64,000 nt of DNA from an uncultured Gemmatimonadales bacterium (lineage in GTDB: Bacteria; Gemmatimonadota; Gemmatimonadetes; Gemmatimonadales; Gemmatimonadaceae), in assembly GCA_963850905.1 (NCBI GenBank), contig CAWKMU010000003.1, forward strand, positions 1,024,001-1,088,000. Direction: 5' to 3'. Made by a program: the position numbers and the translations under genes. Shown in pieces: positions 1-9,371 of this stretch (the first letter of the stretch is position 1; every line of letters starts with the position of its first letter). Below the pieces are notes generated by a model, which did no database searches, had not been told where the DNA came from, and saw only the letters and a program-made list of their open reading frames with translations.

Positions 1-462
1 CCGCGAACCCCACTTTGCGAGGATCTGACGGCCGTCGACCGTGTCCTTGCTGTTGAGCTCTGCGGCCACGCCGAAACGACTTGGCCCTTCGACGTGGTGC
101 TTGGTCTTTACGGCGATCTGCTTTCTGCGGCCAGGTGTCCCCCCGACCTCGTCGTGGACACCGCCATCCAGTCGGGCGCTGCGGGGCTCTTGCTGGACAC
201 GGCGCGCAAAGACGGCCGCTCGCTGTTCGACGTCATGGCGCCCAGCCGGGTTGCGGCTTGGGTGACGGCGGCACACGCAGCCGGTCTTTTCGTGACGCTC
301 GCCGGCTCGCTTGGCGTTGATGACGTGTCAGCAGCTCGCGACTGCGGGGCCGACATCATGGGTGTCCGGGGTGCCGCGTGCTCTGGCGGCCGATGCGGCA
401 GCATCGCGGTGGAGCGGGTCCGGGCTCTTGTGCGCGCCGTCAGGGGCGACTCGCCCCCGTAG
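1..462 (+). CDS. mfnB: (5-formylfuran-3-yl)methyl phosphate synthase MfnB/Orf22-like (DUF556), 5'-truncated
   Basis: Frame is open from base 1. Motifs LLLDTARKDGRSLFD, LAGSL and DIMGVRGAAC match the MfnB TIM barrel. Lies in a methanofuran/H4MPT cluster. Confidence 0.8.
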   Translation, partial: PRTPLCEDLTAVDRVLAVELCGHAETTWPFDVVLGLYGDLLSAARCPPDLVVDTAIQSGAAGLLLDTARKDGRSLFDVMAPSRVAAWVTAAHAAGLFVTLAGSLGVDDVSAARDCGADIMGVRGAACSGGRCGSIAVERVRALVRAVRGDSPP

Positions 463-3184
463 ACGGTCCCGAATCAGGATTCGCGCTGGCTCCGAGCAGC
501 GCGCGCTGGAAGGCAGGGTTGGTCCGCAGCCCGTCCCATTCCGGATCGGCACGAAAGTACGCCGCCGACTTGCCAGTCGGCAGCTGCAGCATCCGGATGA
601 CTTGTGCAACTGCGTTCTTGACGTCCCCCAGGTGGTTGTATGCGTCCGCAAGCGCTTCGGCCTCGTCTGCAGTCTGGGGGGCCGGATTGTCGGGCATCGT
701 GGCGTCCTGTTGGATCGCAGCGATACCTTGCTCGGCTACATTGCGCCGGCCCGCGGCAGCGCCCACCACAGCCATGACGCGGTGCCCGACCTCTTCGAGC
801 GGGCCGGTAAACGCGTGGCGATGCACGAAGCGCAGCGCGCTATCGGCGTAGGCTTTCTCCAACGAGGCGCGACGCTCGCGCTCGTAGAGATCCATCTTGC
901 CGAGATAGAAATTCGCGGTGTCGAAAAACTGCTGGGGCCGCAGGTCCGCCAGCTGCAATGATTCGAGCCGTGGCCAATCGCTGGCGCCCTGAGTTCCGAC
1001 CTCGTTCACGAACATCTGCACGTTCGTCTGCGGAATTGCGGCCCGCTCGCGATCGAGGGCCTTTCGAGCCGCGACCGTGTCGCCGTAGCCTTCGAAGGCG
1101 ATGCGCATCAAAGTCGTGTAGCCAGACCAGTCATGCGGCGCCACGGCAATCAGACGCTCGGCGTAATTCTTCGCTTCGTCGTACCGTCGGTACTGATACG
1201 TCCGATTTGCCACGGCTGCCAGCGCGTCGGCGGACTTCGGGTCCAGTTGCACCGCGCGCTCCAGATTGGCGATGCCCTCGTCCACTCGGCCGACCTGAAT
1301 TTGGGCGTCACCCAAGTGCTGCAGAAGCTCTGCGTCGTTTGGACGCTCGGCCTGCGCACGGACGAATTCGTCATACGCCTCGCGCTGGTTGTGCTCGAAC
1401 GCGAGCAGATACTGCGCCCGCTCCAGATGTCCATCCGCGAGGTTGGGATCGAGGCGCAGCGCGGAATCGAGCGCCCGTTTCGCCGCCACCTGCCGTGTCG
1501 TGTCGGACAGGTCGAGAAGAGCCCACACCACTTCGTCGCCGCCGAGCAGTGCCAGCGCCTGCGCGAACTTCGGGTCGAGCTTGGCAGCCTCTTGGTACTC
1601 CTGGATGGATCGCTGCAACAGCTCTGGTGAGAGAGTGTGCGCTGAGTCCTGTTCGGTGTCGTAGTGGCGGCCACGAAGATAGGCATCGTACGCGGCGGGC
1701 ACGTGTGTCATTCTCCTCGTTAGTGCCATCTCGTCGTGTTGCTCGAGCACGAGTCCCAACGCATCCGCGACCTTTGTCGCCACATCGGTTTGCACTTGAA
1801 AGACGTCGGAGGGCTGCACCACGTACGGCCCAGGCGCCAGCTTGGTCGTCTCATCGGCCGCGTCGACGAGCGTCGGGCTGATCTGGACTTCCGGGGCGCC
1901 GGATGAGTTCGACGCCCACCGCACGGTGCCTTCGAGGAGGTATTGTACCCCCAGATCGCGTCCGATTTGCCGTGGTGTCGCCTTCGTATCCTTGTATTGA
2001 TTCGCGCTGCGCGGATCGATCACACCGAGATGGTGAAGGCTCGCCAGGCGGTTTGTGATTGCCTCCGTCAGTCCGTCGGCGAAATACGCGTCCGAGGGAG
2101 GGCCCTCGTTCTGGAACGGGAGGACGACGATCTTGGGCTCGGAGTGCTTCTCGTGTGCAGCTCCGCGACTGCGAACGATCGCGAGCGTCGCGCCCACGAT
2201 CGAGACCGCGCCGACGACCGCAAGTGCCGCGATCAGTGCGCGCGGCAGCCGCGTGGCTCGCGCAGCATTGGCTCGCGCAGCCGGTACCGCCGCGCCGCCG
2301 TATGCCGGGTACGCGGAGGAAGTGACTGGCGTGACCGGCATGGTGTCGAGCGTCTGAACGATCTCTGACGCCGACTGAGGGCGATCGGCGGGCCGCTTCT
2401 CGAGGCAGCGCATCACCAGAGCCGCGAACGCCGCGGGAACCGCTGGCCGTCTGCGCTCGACTGGTTCAGGAGCTTCCACGGCATGCGCTGCCATCAGCGC
2501 CTGCGTCGGCCTGCCGGCAAAGGGAGGCTGGCCAGTCAACATCTCGTACGCCATCGCCCCAAACGAATAAATGTCCGCCCGCGCATCGGTGGTCGGATCA
2601 GCGGCGGCTTGCTCGGGCGCCATGTACGCTGGTGTCCCGAGCGCGATGCCGAGTCCGGTCAGTTGTCCGGTGGGGTTGGGCGTGACCGCGGCACTGAGTG
2701 CCTTGGCCACGCCGAAATCCGTGACCATGGCGGCGCCGCCGGAAATCAGGATATTGTCCGGCTTGATGTCTCGATGCACGACGCCGTTGGTGTGTGCGTA
2801 CGCCAACGCGGACGCCACTTCACGCAGGTATCGGATCGCGGTCTGGATCGGCAACTCACCGGAGCGATCGACAGCGACGCGGAGCGACTCGCCCTCGACG
2901 AACGGCATGGTGAAGTAGGGCAGGCCGTCCGTCTCGCCCGCTGTCAGCAGCGGGACGATGTGTGGATGCTGCAGGCGCGCCGCGAGCACGATCTCGCGCC
3001 GGAAGCGGTCGATGTTGACGCCCGCCGCCAGCTCGGGTGGCAACACCTTGATCACGACGGTACGATCGAGCGCTGTCTCGCGTGCGAGGAAGACGCGGCT
3101 CATCCCCCCGCCGCCGAGCTCGCGATCGAGCACGTAGGCGCTGCCCAGCGTTCGTTGCAGTGTGTCTTTCAGCCCGTCGGTCAT
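440..3184 (-). CDS. Hanks-type Ser/Thr protein kinase with TM segment, TolB-like/adenylate-cyclase-associated domain and TPR repeats
   Basis: GGGGMSRV, VVIKVL, HRDIKPDN, DFG and GTPAYMAPE kinase motifs, then a hydrophobic segment, IVVLPFQN...YFADGLTE and a TPR-like C-terminus. Confidence 0.93.
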   Translation of the reverse strand: MTDGLKDTLQRTLGSAYVLDRELGGGGMSRVFLARETALDRTVVIKVLPPELAAGVNIDRFRREIVLAARLQHPHIVPLLTAGETDGLPYFTMPFVEGESLRVAVDRSGELPIQTAIRYLREVASALAYAHTNGVVHRDIKPDNILISGGAAMVTDFGVAKALSAAVTPNPTGQLTGLGIALGTPAYMAPEQAAADPTTDARADIYSFGAMAYEMLTGQPPFAGRPTQALMAAHAVEAPEPVERRRPAVPAAFAALVMRCLEKRPADRPQSASEIVQTLDTMPVTPVTSSAYPAYGGAAVPAARANAARATRLPRALIAALAVVGAVSIVGATLAIVRSRGAAHEKHSEPKIVVLPFQNEGPPSDAYFADGLTEAITNRLASLHHLGVIDPRSANQYKDTKATPRQIGRDLGVQYLLEGTVRWASNSSGAPEVQISPTLVDAADETTKLAPGPYVVQPSDVFQVQTDVATKVADALGLVLEQHDEMALTRRMTHVPAAYDAYLRGRHYDTEQDSAHTLSPELLQRSIQEYQEAAKLDPKFAQALALLGGDEVVWALLDLSDTTRQVAAKRALDSALRLDPNLADGHLERAQYLLAFEHNQREAYDEFVRAQAERPNDAELLQHLGDAQIQVGRVDEGIANLERAVQLDPKSADALAAVANRTYQYRRYDEAKNYAERLIAVAPHDWSGYTTLMRIAFEGYGDTVAARKALDRERAAIPQTNVQMFVNEVGTQGASDWPRLESLQLADLRPQQFFDTANFYLGKMDLYERERRASLEKAYADSALRFVHRHAFTGPLEEVGHRVMAVVGAAAGRRNVAEQGIAAIQQDATMPDNPAPQTADEAEALADAYNHLGDVKNAVAQVIRMLQLPTGKSAAYFRADPEWDGLRTNPAFQRALLGASANPDSGPSTGASRP

Positions 3185-3322
3185 AGTCGTCGATCGCTCG
3201 TCTTCACTTCTTCACTACGGTTTGCCGCACGATCAGGTTCTTGCGTCCGAGCGGGCCTGGTCGCAGCACGTCCAAGTAGTACCGGGACCAAGCGAGAAGG
3301 TGCCGGCTGGCGCCACGTTCGG

Positions 3323-3940
3323 TCAAGTTCCTCCGGTCTTCTCGGCCGTTTCCCATGCTCGAGCGACGAGCGCCCGGGGTCCAGTCACCGTTACGCGCAC
3401 GTTGCGTCCGGCCTTCGCGCCAGCTTCGAGGACCGTGTGGAAGTACGTATCTGTGACGGCGTCCGCAGGACCGGTCGTCGCTTTCACCAGCAGCAGCTCT
3501 GCCGCGCCAAGCTCGATCGCGATCCACGCCGCAATGCTGTCGCTCGTGACGGACCACGAATGCGGCAGGGGATCGCGCGCCCGCAGCCAGCGGTACGGGG
3601 CCAGCACGGGTAGGCGGTGGGCCTCATGGACCAATCGGGCCTCATCGGCGGACTCGACGAGGGCAGCGACAGGCGTTCGAGCTACCAGCAAGTGCGCATG
3701 CTGATCCATACCCAGGATCGCCATCCAATGCGCGGCATCATCTCCCGCGGCCAGCTGCCAATCGACCTCTCGGACCGTGTCCGCGAACGGGCCTCCGCCG
3801 GGCACGACCAGCAGCGGAGGGCCGTCGCGGTGCCGTGCGGCGAGTGACTCGAGGGCGTGTACCAGGCAGGCAAAGGATGCGGGATCCTCGATCAGGGCGC
3901 CGCCGACCTTGATGACTGTTTCGACACACGAATCCCTCAT
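3323..3940 (-). CDS. mfnE: Amino-acid-kinase family protein, MfnE/Orf21-like
   Basis: VIKVGG, VVPGGGPFAD, AHWMAILGMDQ, HSWSVTSDSIAAW. The ATG at 3940 overlaps the upstream TGA (ATGA coupling). Confidence 0.8.
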   Translation of the reverse strand: MRDSCVETVIKVGGALIEDPASFACLVHALESLAARHRDGPPLLVVPGGGPFADTVREVDWQLAAGDDAAHWMAILGMDQHAHLLVARTPVAALVESADEARLVHEAHRLPVLAPYRWLRARDPLPHSWSVTSDSIAAWIAIELGAAELLLVKATTGPADAVTDTYFHTVLEAGAKAGRNVRVTVTGPRALVARAWETAEKTGGT

Positions 3941-5001
3941 ACCGTGTCCGCTCGAGCGCGGAGCAAGGCAACTGCCACCGCGGGGGCAACGTGGGCGGCA
4001 TCCACGCCCCACTCGTTGGCAAGGTGTCTCACCCGGAGTCCCGCGCCGGCTGCCGCATCGGCGGCGATGAAATCACCGACTCCCATCACGATAGCGGTCT
4101 CGATTGCGGGATGACGTGAGGCGACACGCGCGATCGCGGTCGCCGTGCGCTCGCGTTGATGTCTGGCGATCGCGGCGGCAATGTGGTCGATTGCCGCGTC
4201 ATCCAGCAGCTCGCGGTCTCCGCAGACGACACGAGCGAGCCGCTCACCCGCGGCGGCCCGCGACGCGGGGCGGCCGTCGGGCGTCGGTACGGAGTAGGCA
4301 GACTCCGGAAGCAGGCGGCGCCACAGATAGACGTCGCCCGCGAGCGCAAACGCCTCCGCACTGACGCCAGCTTCCGAATCTGTGAGCGGCACGACGTGCG
4401 TGATCGCTTCGACGGGTGTGCGGACCGCGCCCAGGTACAGGAGCTCGCCCGTGCGAAGTCGGTCGGGATCCGTCCACCCCTCGGCCCTCACCGTGCCATC
4501 GACGATCGGAATGATGTCGGTCGTTGTCGTCCCAATGTCGACGAGTATCGCGTTCTCGACTACGGAGGCGACGGCGCGCGCGGTCGCCGACCAATTTGCC
4601 GCGGCGACGGCCATGGGTCTTGCCCTGGCGTCGCCGGGAGACACAAAGGCGCCGCCCGTCGTGTAGACGCTCACCTCGGAACGCGGAAAGGAGCGCACCA
4701 CGGCGTCGAGGATGAAATCGACGCCATCGCGTTTGCGCCGGAACATCTGGGACAGCTCGGCCGTCATTGTGACGGCGTGCACGTCCGAATCGCCAGCGCC
4801 GATAGCGCCAGCGAGCGACGTCAGCAGCGATGACAGGGCGGCGGGGTCCCGTTGGATCTCAAAGGGACGGATCGCGGTGGCAAAATCCGGGGAGTTGGCG
4901 GGTCCAGCTCGCAACAGGTCTCGCTCCCCGACGGATAGGCGTGCGACCTTCGTATTCACACCCCCGATGTCCCACCCGACGACCGCGCGCTCTGTGTTCA
5001 T
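3937..5001 (-). CDS. mfnF: Hydantoinase/oxoprolinase-family H4MPT-linked C1 protein, MfnF/Orf9-like
   Basis: GWDIGGVNTK, AVTMTAELS, AAANW, DIGTTTTDIIP, YLGAVRTP, RLARVVCGD. Start placed at MNTERAVVG. Confidence 0.82.
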   Translation of the reverse strand: MNTERAVVGWDIGGVNTKVARLSVGERDLLRAGPANSPDFATAIRPFEIQRDPAALSSLLTSLAGAIGAGDSDVHAVTMTAELSQMFRRKRDGVDFILDAVVRSFPRSEVSVYTTGGAFVSPGDARARPMAVAAANWSATARAVASVVENAILVDIGTTTTDIIPIVDGTVRAEGWTDPDRLRTGELLYLGAVRTPVEAITHVVPLTDSEAGVSAEAFALAGDVYLWRRLLPESAYSVPTPDGRPASRAAAGERLARVVCGDRELLDDAAIDHIAAAIARHQRERTATAIARVASRHPAIETAIVMGVGDFIAADAAAGAGLRVRHLANEWGVDAAHVAPAVAVALLRARADTV

Positions 5002-5010
5002 ATTCCCGTC

Positions 5011-5736
5011 GTGCGCGTTATTGGCGTGATCGATCTCAAGGGCGGCAAGGCAGTCCACGCTCGAGGCGGCTCGCGGGAGCTGTACGAGCCCGTGCACAGC
5101 GCGCTGCTATCCGATGATCAGAGCGGAGACGCGACCGCGTTGACCCGCGCGTACCGAGATCTGCTCGGACTGCGGGAAATATACGTGGCCGATCTGGACC
5201 GCATCACGAATGGCGGTCAGCTGTCCGAAACGGTGCGCGTCATCGCCGCCGTGGGTATCCCCCTGATGGTCGACGCCGGCGTATCGTCGATCGGCTCGGC
5301 CACCGCGGTCCTGGCAACGGGCGCACAGCGCGTGGTTGTCGGACTGGAGACGCTGACATCGCTCGAGGAGCTCGGGCGCATCGTCGATGCCGTCGGTCCG
5401 TCGGGCGTCGTTTTCAGTCTGGACGTGCGCAGCGAGCAGGTCCTTACCCGGCCGGATGGTGCGCTTGTCGGAGTCGAGCCGATCACCATCGCGCGGGAGG
5501 CGCAGGCCTGCGGGATCAAATCGGTGCTTGTGCTGGATCTCGCCCGCGTGGGAGGGGGCGGGGGACCGGCGGTGTCGCTCATAGAGAAGGTTCGCGGGGC
5601 CTGTCCAACCGTCGAGCTGATCGCGGGAGGGGGAGTCCGTGACGGGCGCGACATCGACCGTTTGGCAGCCGTTGGATGCGACGCCGCCCTGGTTGGTACC
5701 GCGCTGCACCGGCCCCCAGGCCTCGGCTCGGTGTGA
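5011..5736 (+). CDS. HisA/HisF-related TIM-barrel protein (Orf17-like, H4MPT cluster)
   Basis: VIGVIDLKGGKAVHARGG, YVADLDRI, VVGLETL, LDLARVG, AGGGVR, LVGTALH. Confidence 0.82.
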   Translation: MRVIGVIDLKGGKAVHARGGSRELYEPVHSALLSDDQSGDATALTRAYRDLLGLREIYVADLDRITNGGQLSETVRVIAAVGIPLMVDAGVSSIGSATAVLATGAQRVVVGLETLTSLEELGRIVDAVGPSGVVFSLDVRSEQVLTRPDGALVGVEPITIAREAQACGIKSVLVLDLARVGGGGGPAVSLIEKVRGACPTVELIAGGGVRDGRDIDRLAAVGCDAALVGTALHRPPGLGSV

Positions 5737-5909
5737 TCGGCAACACAGTGTGCCCGTGCAAGTTGCGTTTTGCGAGCTCATGCGTTCGAAAGAATGTGGC
5801 CTCGATGAATCGGCATGACGGTGATCTGCCGCGAGGCACTGGGCACGGAAGGTGAAAACAGGGAGTCGTCAGGCCTGGAATGAGCGGCGCGGCCGCAGGG
5901 CGGGCGAAA

Positions 5910-6506
5910 ATGGGGCGCACAGGGAGTTGGCTGGCGAAAGCAGTGGTAGGAGTGGCTGTCGCGGCAACCGCGTCGGCGCTCGGCGCACAGACCGTGCGAT
6001 TGGGTGTGGTGATGGATGGTCCCAGGCAGGTGCTGGAAACCGCCTGGACTGAAGCGCCTCGACAGGTCGAGCGGGCCTACTGCGTAAGGGACTGGTCGTA
6101 CGGGGTGCACCACATCTCCAAGTCAGCGCCCATCCAGGACGACACGGTGTTTCGTGTGTTCGGGATCGAGCCCGCCGATGCCAGCAACGCAGGACCGATG
6201 TCAATCGACTTCAACTGCCCCGCGGGGATGCCCGAACTGCACGTCCATACGCCGACCACCTGTATGGGTGACGACGTGTCGACGTGCATGTCCGGTGGCC
6301 TCAACGCCTACAGCTGCCAGCCCAGCCGTGGCGATCTCGAAAAGCTGATTCGCCGGGGCGACCAATTCGCCGTGTTGCAGTGCGATCAGCGCGCCTTTCG
6401 ATTCTACTATCCATCCGAGTACGTCACACCGCCGACGCTCGCGACCCAGCTCGAGCAGGGACAGCGCGCTGGCGCTCTGAACCCTGCCATGAAGCCTAGC
6501 CAGTGA
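5910..6506 (+). CDS. Exported hypothetical protein with JAB/MPN-like metal motif
   Basis: Signal-peptide-like N-terminus (AVVGVAVAATASALGA|Q), then E (VERAYC), HxH (HVHTP) and SxxD (PSRGD). Alternative start at 5880. Confidence 0.6.
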   Translation: MGRTGSWLAKAVVGVAVAATASALGAQTVRLGVVMDGPRQVLETAWTEAPRQVERAYCVRDWSYGVHHISKSAPIQDDTVFRVFGIEPADASNAGPMSIDFNCPAGMPELHVHTPTTCMGDDVSTCMSGGLNAYSCQPSRGDLEKLIRRGDQFAVLQCDQRAFRFYYPSEYVTPPTLATQLEQGQRAGALNPAMKPSQ

Positions 6507-6510
6507 GAAA

Positions 6511-6741
6511 GGCCGGGTAACGGGTAAAACTACAACAATCGCGACGACAACCTGGGCGGCCTGAAGGCCGCCCCTACATGTCGGTATGGACAGTGACTCT
6601 CCGGAGCGGTGCGGCGACGATTGCCGGCGTCGGTCGACGAATCCGGATTTGACGCTGCCCGCAGCAACATGTAGGGGCGGGCTTTAGCCCGCCCGGTTTT
6701 TTCAGTGGACGTTGCAGGTACCCGTCACCCGTCACCCGGCC
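6511..6741. repeat. Heptamer-arm hairpin element (GGGTAAC/TCACCCG arms) enclosing an inverted REP doublet (6554-6696)
   Basis: ggccgggtaacgggtaa ... tcacccgtcacccggcc. Inside: gggcggcctgaaggccgcccctacatg ... catgtaggggcgggctttagcccgccc. Confidence 0.85.
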
Positions 6742-6777
6742 GTTCCCACCCCCCCCTGACCCGGCCGTCCCTGCCTT

Positions 6778-6783
6778 TATACT
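6778..6783 (+). promoter_or_regulatory. Putative -10 hexamer TATACT for a leaderless transcript
   Basis: TATACT lies 7 nt before the ATG at 6791 and there is no Shine-Dalgarno. Confidence 0.5.
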
Positions 6784-6790
6784 ATCCGGC

Positions 6791-7066
6791 ATGCGCAACA
6801 AGCGAGCGCTGGCCGGAGTCGTGATCGTCCTGGCGTTCTTCGGATATCTCCTGTGGTCCACGCTCGCGTCGCAACGCAGCGAATGCCGAGTGTGCGTGGC
6901 GTACAAAGGCGGCCGCAATTGCGCGACCGCGTCCGCCGCGTCGCGCAGTGAAGCCACCCGCAACGCCCAGACAACGGCCTGCGGCGTGCTGGCCTCGGGG
7001 ATGAATGACGCGATTGCGTGTGGGAACGCGGTCCCGGAGGGCGTCGAATGCAAGGGAGGGAAGTAG
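6791..7066 (+). CDS. Small membrane-anchored Cys-rich hypothetical protein
   Basis: 91 aa, N-terminal hydrophobic helix, six Cys, 2-nt gap to the downstream PTPS gene. Confidence 0.7.
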   Translation: MRNKRALAGVVIVLAFFGYLLWSTLASQRSECRVCVAYKGGRNCATASAASRSEATRNAQTTACGVLASGMNDAIACGNAVPEGVECKGGK

Positions 7067-7068
7067 GC

Positions 7069-7590
7069 ATGCCCCAACACACCTCATACCGGGTCCACGT
7101 CAGCAAAGACTACCTGGTCTTTTCGTCGGCCCACTTCATTACGTTCGCGGGTCACCGGTGTGAGTCCTTGCATGGTCACAACTATCGGGTCGCGATCACG
7201 CTGGACGGGGATCTGGATCCCGACGGCTGGTACGTCGTCGATTTCTCGGTGCTCAAGACTGTCACGCGCCGGTTGTGTGACGAGATCGATCACCGGGTGC
7301 TGTTGCCACTCACCAATCCGAAACTGACTGTGGCGGAGCACGGCAATGCGATCTCGGTCGCGTACATGGGCGCTCCGCGCTACGTCTTCCCGCGCCACGA
7401 TTGTGCGTTGCTGCCGGTCCCCAACACGACCGTGGAAATGCTCGCCCAGTATCTCGCGGGCCGACTGCGCACAGAATTGCCCGACGTCGCTCGGGTCGTC
7501 GCGATCGAGGTCGAGGTGGAGGAGAGCTTCGGCCAATCCGCCGTGTATCGCGACCGCCTGAACCCACCAGATCCGACCGAGACCAGATAG
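7069..7590 (+). CDS. queD: 6-pyruvoyl-tetrahydropterin synthase family (QueD / PTPS-I/III type)
   Basis: FSSAHF, CESLHGHNY, DHRVLLP, NTTVEMLA, EVEESFGQ. Confidence 0.85.
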   Translation: MPQHTSYRVHVSKDYLVFSSAHFITFAGHRCESLHGHNYRVAITLDGDLDPDGWYVVDFSVLKTVTRRLCDEIDHRVLLPLTNPKLTVAEHGNAISVAYMGAPRYVFPRHDCALLPVPNTTVEMLAQYLAGRLRTELPDVARVVAIEVEVEESFGQSAVYRDRLNPPDPTETR

Positions 7591-7619
7591 CGCGAGTTTG
7601 GCCGGTGAGCCCGCTCGCG

Positions 7620-8471
7620 CTAGCGCCGGTGCCCTTCCATCAGCACGACGAACAGGGCCGCCGCCGTGAGGTCCGCGGTGGTGCCCGGATTCAGCGCGTT
7701 GTGCGGATCGCGCAGCGCGAGGTCGAGCGCTTCGATCTCGCGTCTGCCGGCCGCCGTGCGCACGCCGCCGGCCACGACGACGCGGGCGGCCTGCTCGCTT
7801 ACATCGCGAGCCACTTCGACCCCCTCCTTGCGCGCAATCAGCGTGTCGGGATGTCGCGCGAGTAGCGTGAGATACAGCTCAACCGTGGCGTCCTCCCACG
7901 TCAGGTTACTCTCGCGAGCTGACCGCAGCGTCGGGGCCGCCAGGTCGAAGGTCGTCGCGAACCCCGTCGCGTACTCTCGTGCGATCGCGTCCCGCCCGGC
8001 GGCGAGGGACATCACCTCGCGCAGCGTCGCCGTCGGCTCCTCGCTGACATCCTGCGCATCGGCGCGCCCCAGGCCGCCCGCGCGCGCGAGTCGGATGGCG
8101 GCGTACACGGTGCGTGCGTCGGCGATCGTCGTCGCCGCGACGGCGACTTCGACGGCATCGCGCAGCGTGCCGGCCTCGCCCACGATCGCCGCTCGCGCGA
8201 GCGGGGCGAAGAGCAGGATGATGCCGAGGTTCGTGTTCGACGGCGTCCACCGGGCGGTTTCCTCGACTGCGGCGAGCACCGTCGGCCCGATGGGCCGCTC
8301 GCCAGCGCGCATCAGCGCCGGGCCGATCGCGGCGGCACTGGCGAGAAAGTGCTCGTACCGCGTGTCGCGAAATTGTCGAGCGGGTGAGACGTTGCCCGGT
8401 TTCGACGCGCTGACCTCGAGCAAGCACGCGAGTTGGCCCGCAGTGGCGACGGCGTCGGCGGCGAGCGCCAT
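7620..8471 (-). CDS. citG: CitG-like triphosphoribosyl-dephospho-CoA synthase family (Orf7 of H4MPT clusters)
   Basis: LEVSASKPGNV, NTNLGIILL, PDTLIARKEG, NPGTTADLTAA. Confidence 0.85.
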   Translation of the reverse strand: MALAADAVATAGQLACLLEVSASKPGNVSPARQFRDTRYEHFLASAAAIGPALMRAGERPIGPTVLAAVEETARWTPSNTNLGIILLFAPLARAAIVGEAGTLRDAVEVAVAATTIADARTVYAAIRLARAGGLGRADAQDVSEEPTATLREVMSLAAGRDAIAREYATGFATTFDLAAPTLRSARESNLTWEDATVELYLTLLARHPDTLIARKEGVEVARDVSEQAARVVVAGGVRTAAGRREIEALDLALRDPHNALNPGTTADLTAAALFVVLMEGHRR

Positions 8472-9362
8472 CTATAAGCCTGCCTCGAGGCGCCGGAGCA
8501 GATGCCCCACGATCGCGCCGGCCACATCGATCCCCGTCGCCGTCTGCATCCCCTGCCACCCCGGAATCCCATTCACCTCGAGGACGGTCACGGTCCCGTC
8601 GCGGTCAGGGAGCAGATCCACACCGGCGTAGTCCGCGCCCACCACGTTGGCGGCGCACACCGCGAGGTCGGCCCATCGCTCGGCAAGCGTAAAAGGGCTG
8701 GCGCGCCCGCCGCGGGAGAAGTTCGTTCGCCAGACGGGCCCGCGATCTGATGCGTGGCGCTCAATGGCGCCGATGACACGGCCGCCGACGACAAAGGCGC
8801 GCACGTCGCGGCCGCCGTGATCGATCGTGCGTTGCAGATAGTACACGCCGCGGATCGCGTCGAGCGCGCGGAAGACGCGCCACGCGGTCTCTTCGTCAGC
8901 CAGTCGCACCATGCCCAGGCCCATCGACCCGAACAGCGGCTTCACGATCACGTCCCTCATCGACCGAAACGCGACGATCGCGTCCTCGCTGCGCTCGCAG
9001 ACGACTGTCTCCGGCGTGGGGATGCCAGCCTGTTCGAGCAGCGCCAATGTGTAGAACTTGTCGACTGACCGCTCGATGGCGCGCGGAGAGTTCATCACGA
9101 GGGTGCCGCGATCCTCGAGCCAGTGGAGCGCGTCCACTCGGAAAATGATCTGCTCCAACGATCCGTTGGGGATGATACGTGCGAGCACCGCATCGGCCTG
9201 GATGCCGAGCGGTGGACCTGCAGACTCGCGAGGCCGGTGCCCGATGTGCGCCACGAGGCTGTCGTAGGCGCGTACGGCGGAGTCGACGCCACGATCGTTG
9301 AGCGCGCGACGCAACTCGTTGGTGTGCCACCCTTCGCGGGCGCTGAGAATCGTGACGTGCAC
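8472..9362 (-). CDS. RimK-family ATP-grasp glutamate ligase (Orf5/MptN-like)
   Basis: GSLEQIIFRVDAL, DKFYT, KPLFGSMGLG, DVRAFVVG, WRTN, LEVNGIPGW. Confidence 0.88.
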   Translation of the reverse strand: MHVTILSAREGWHTNELRRALNDRGVDSAVRAYDSLVAHIGHRPRESAGPPLGIQADAVLARIIPNGSLEQIIFRVDALHWLEDRGTLVMNSPRAIERSVDKFYTLALLEQAGIPTPETVVCERSEDAIVAFRSMRDVIVKPLFGSMGLGMVRLADEETAWRVFRALDAIRGVYYLQRTIDHGGRDVRAFVVGGRVIGAIERHASDRGPVWRTNFSRGGRASPFTLAERWADLAVCAANVVGADYAGVDLLPDRDGTVTVLEVNGIPGWQGMQTATGIDVAGAIVGHLLRRLEAGL

Positions 9363-9371
9363 GCGTGGCGG

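Noticed and set aside
5737..5880. Sigma54 promoter upstream of the JAB-like gene
   Set aside because: GGCAC-like words are present but lack the required GG-N10-GC spacing.
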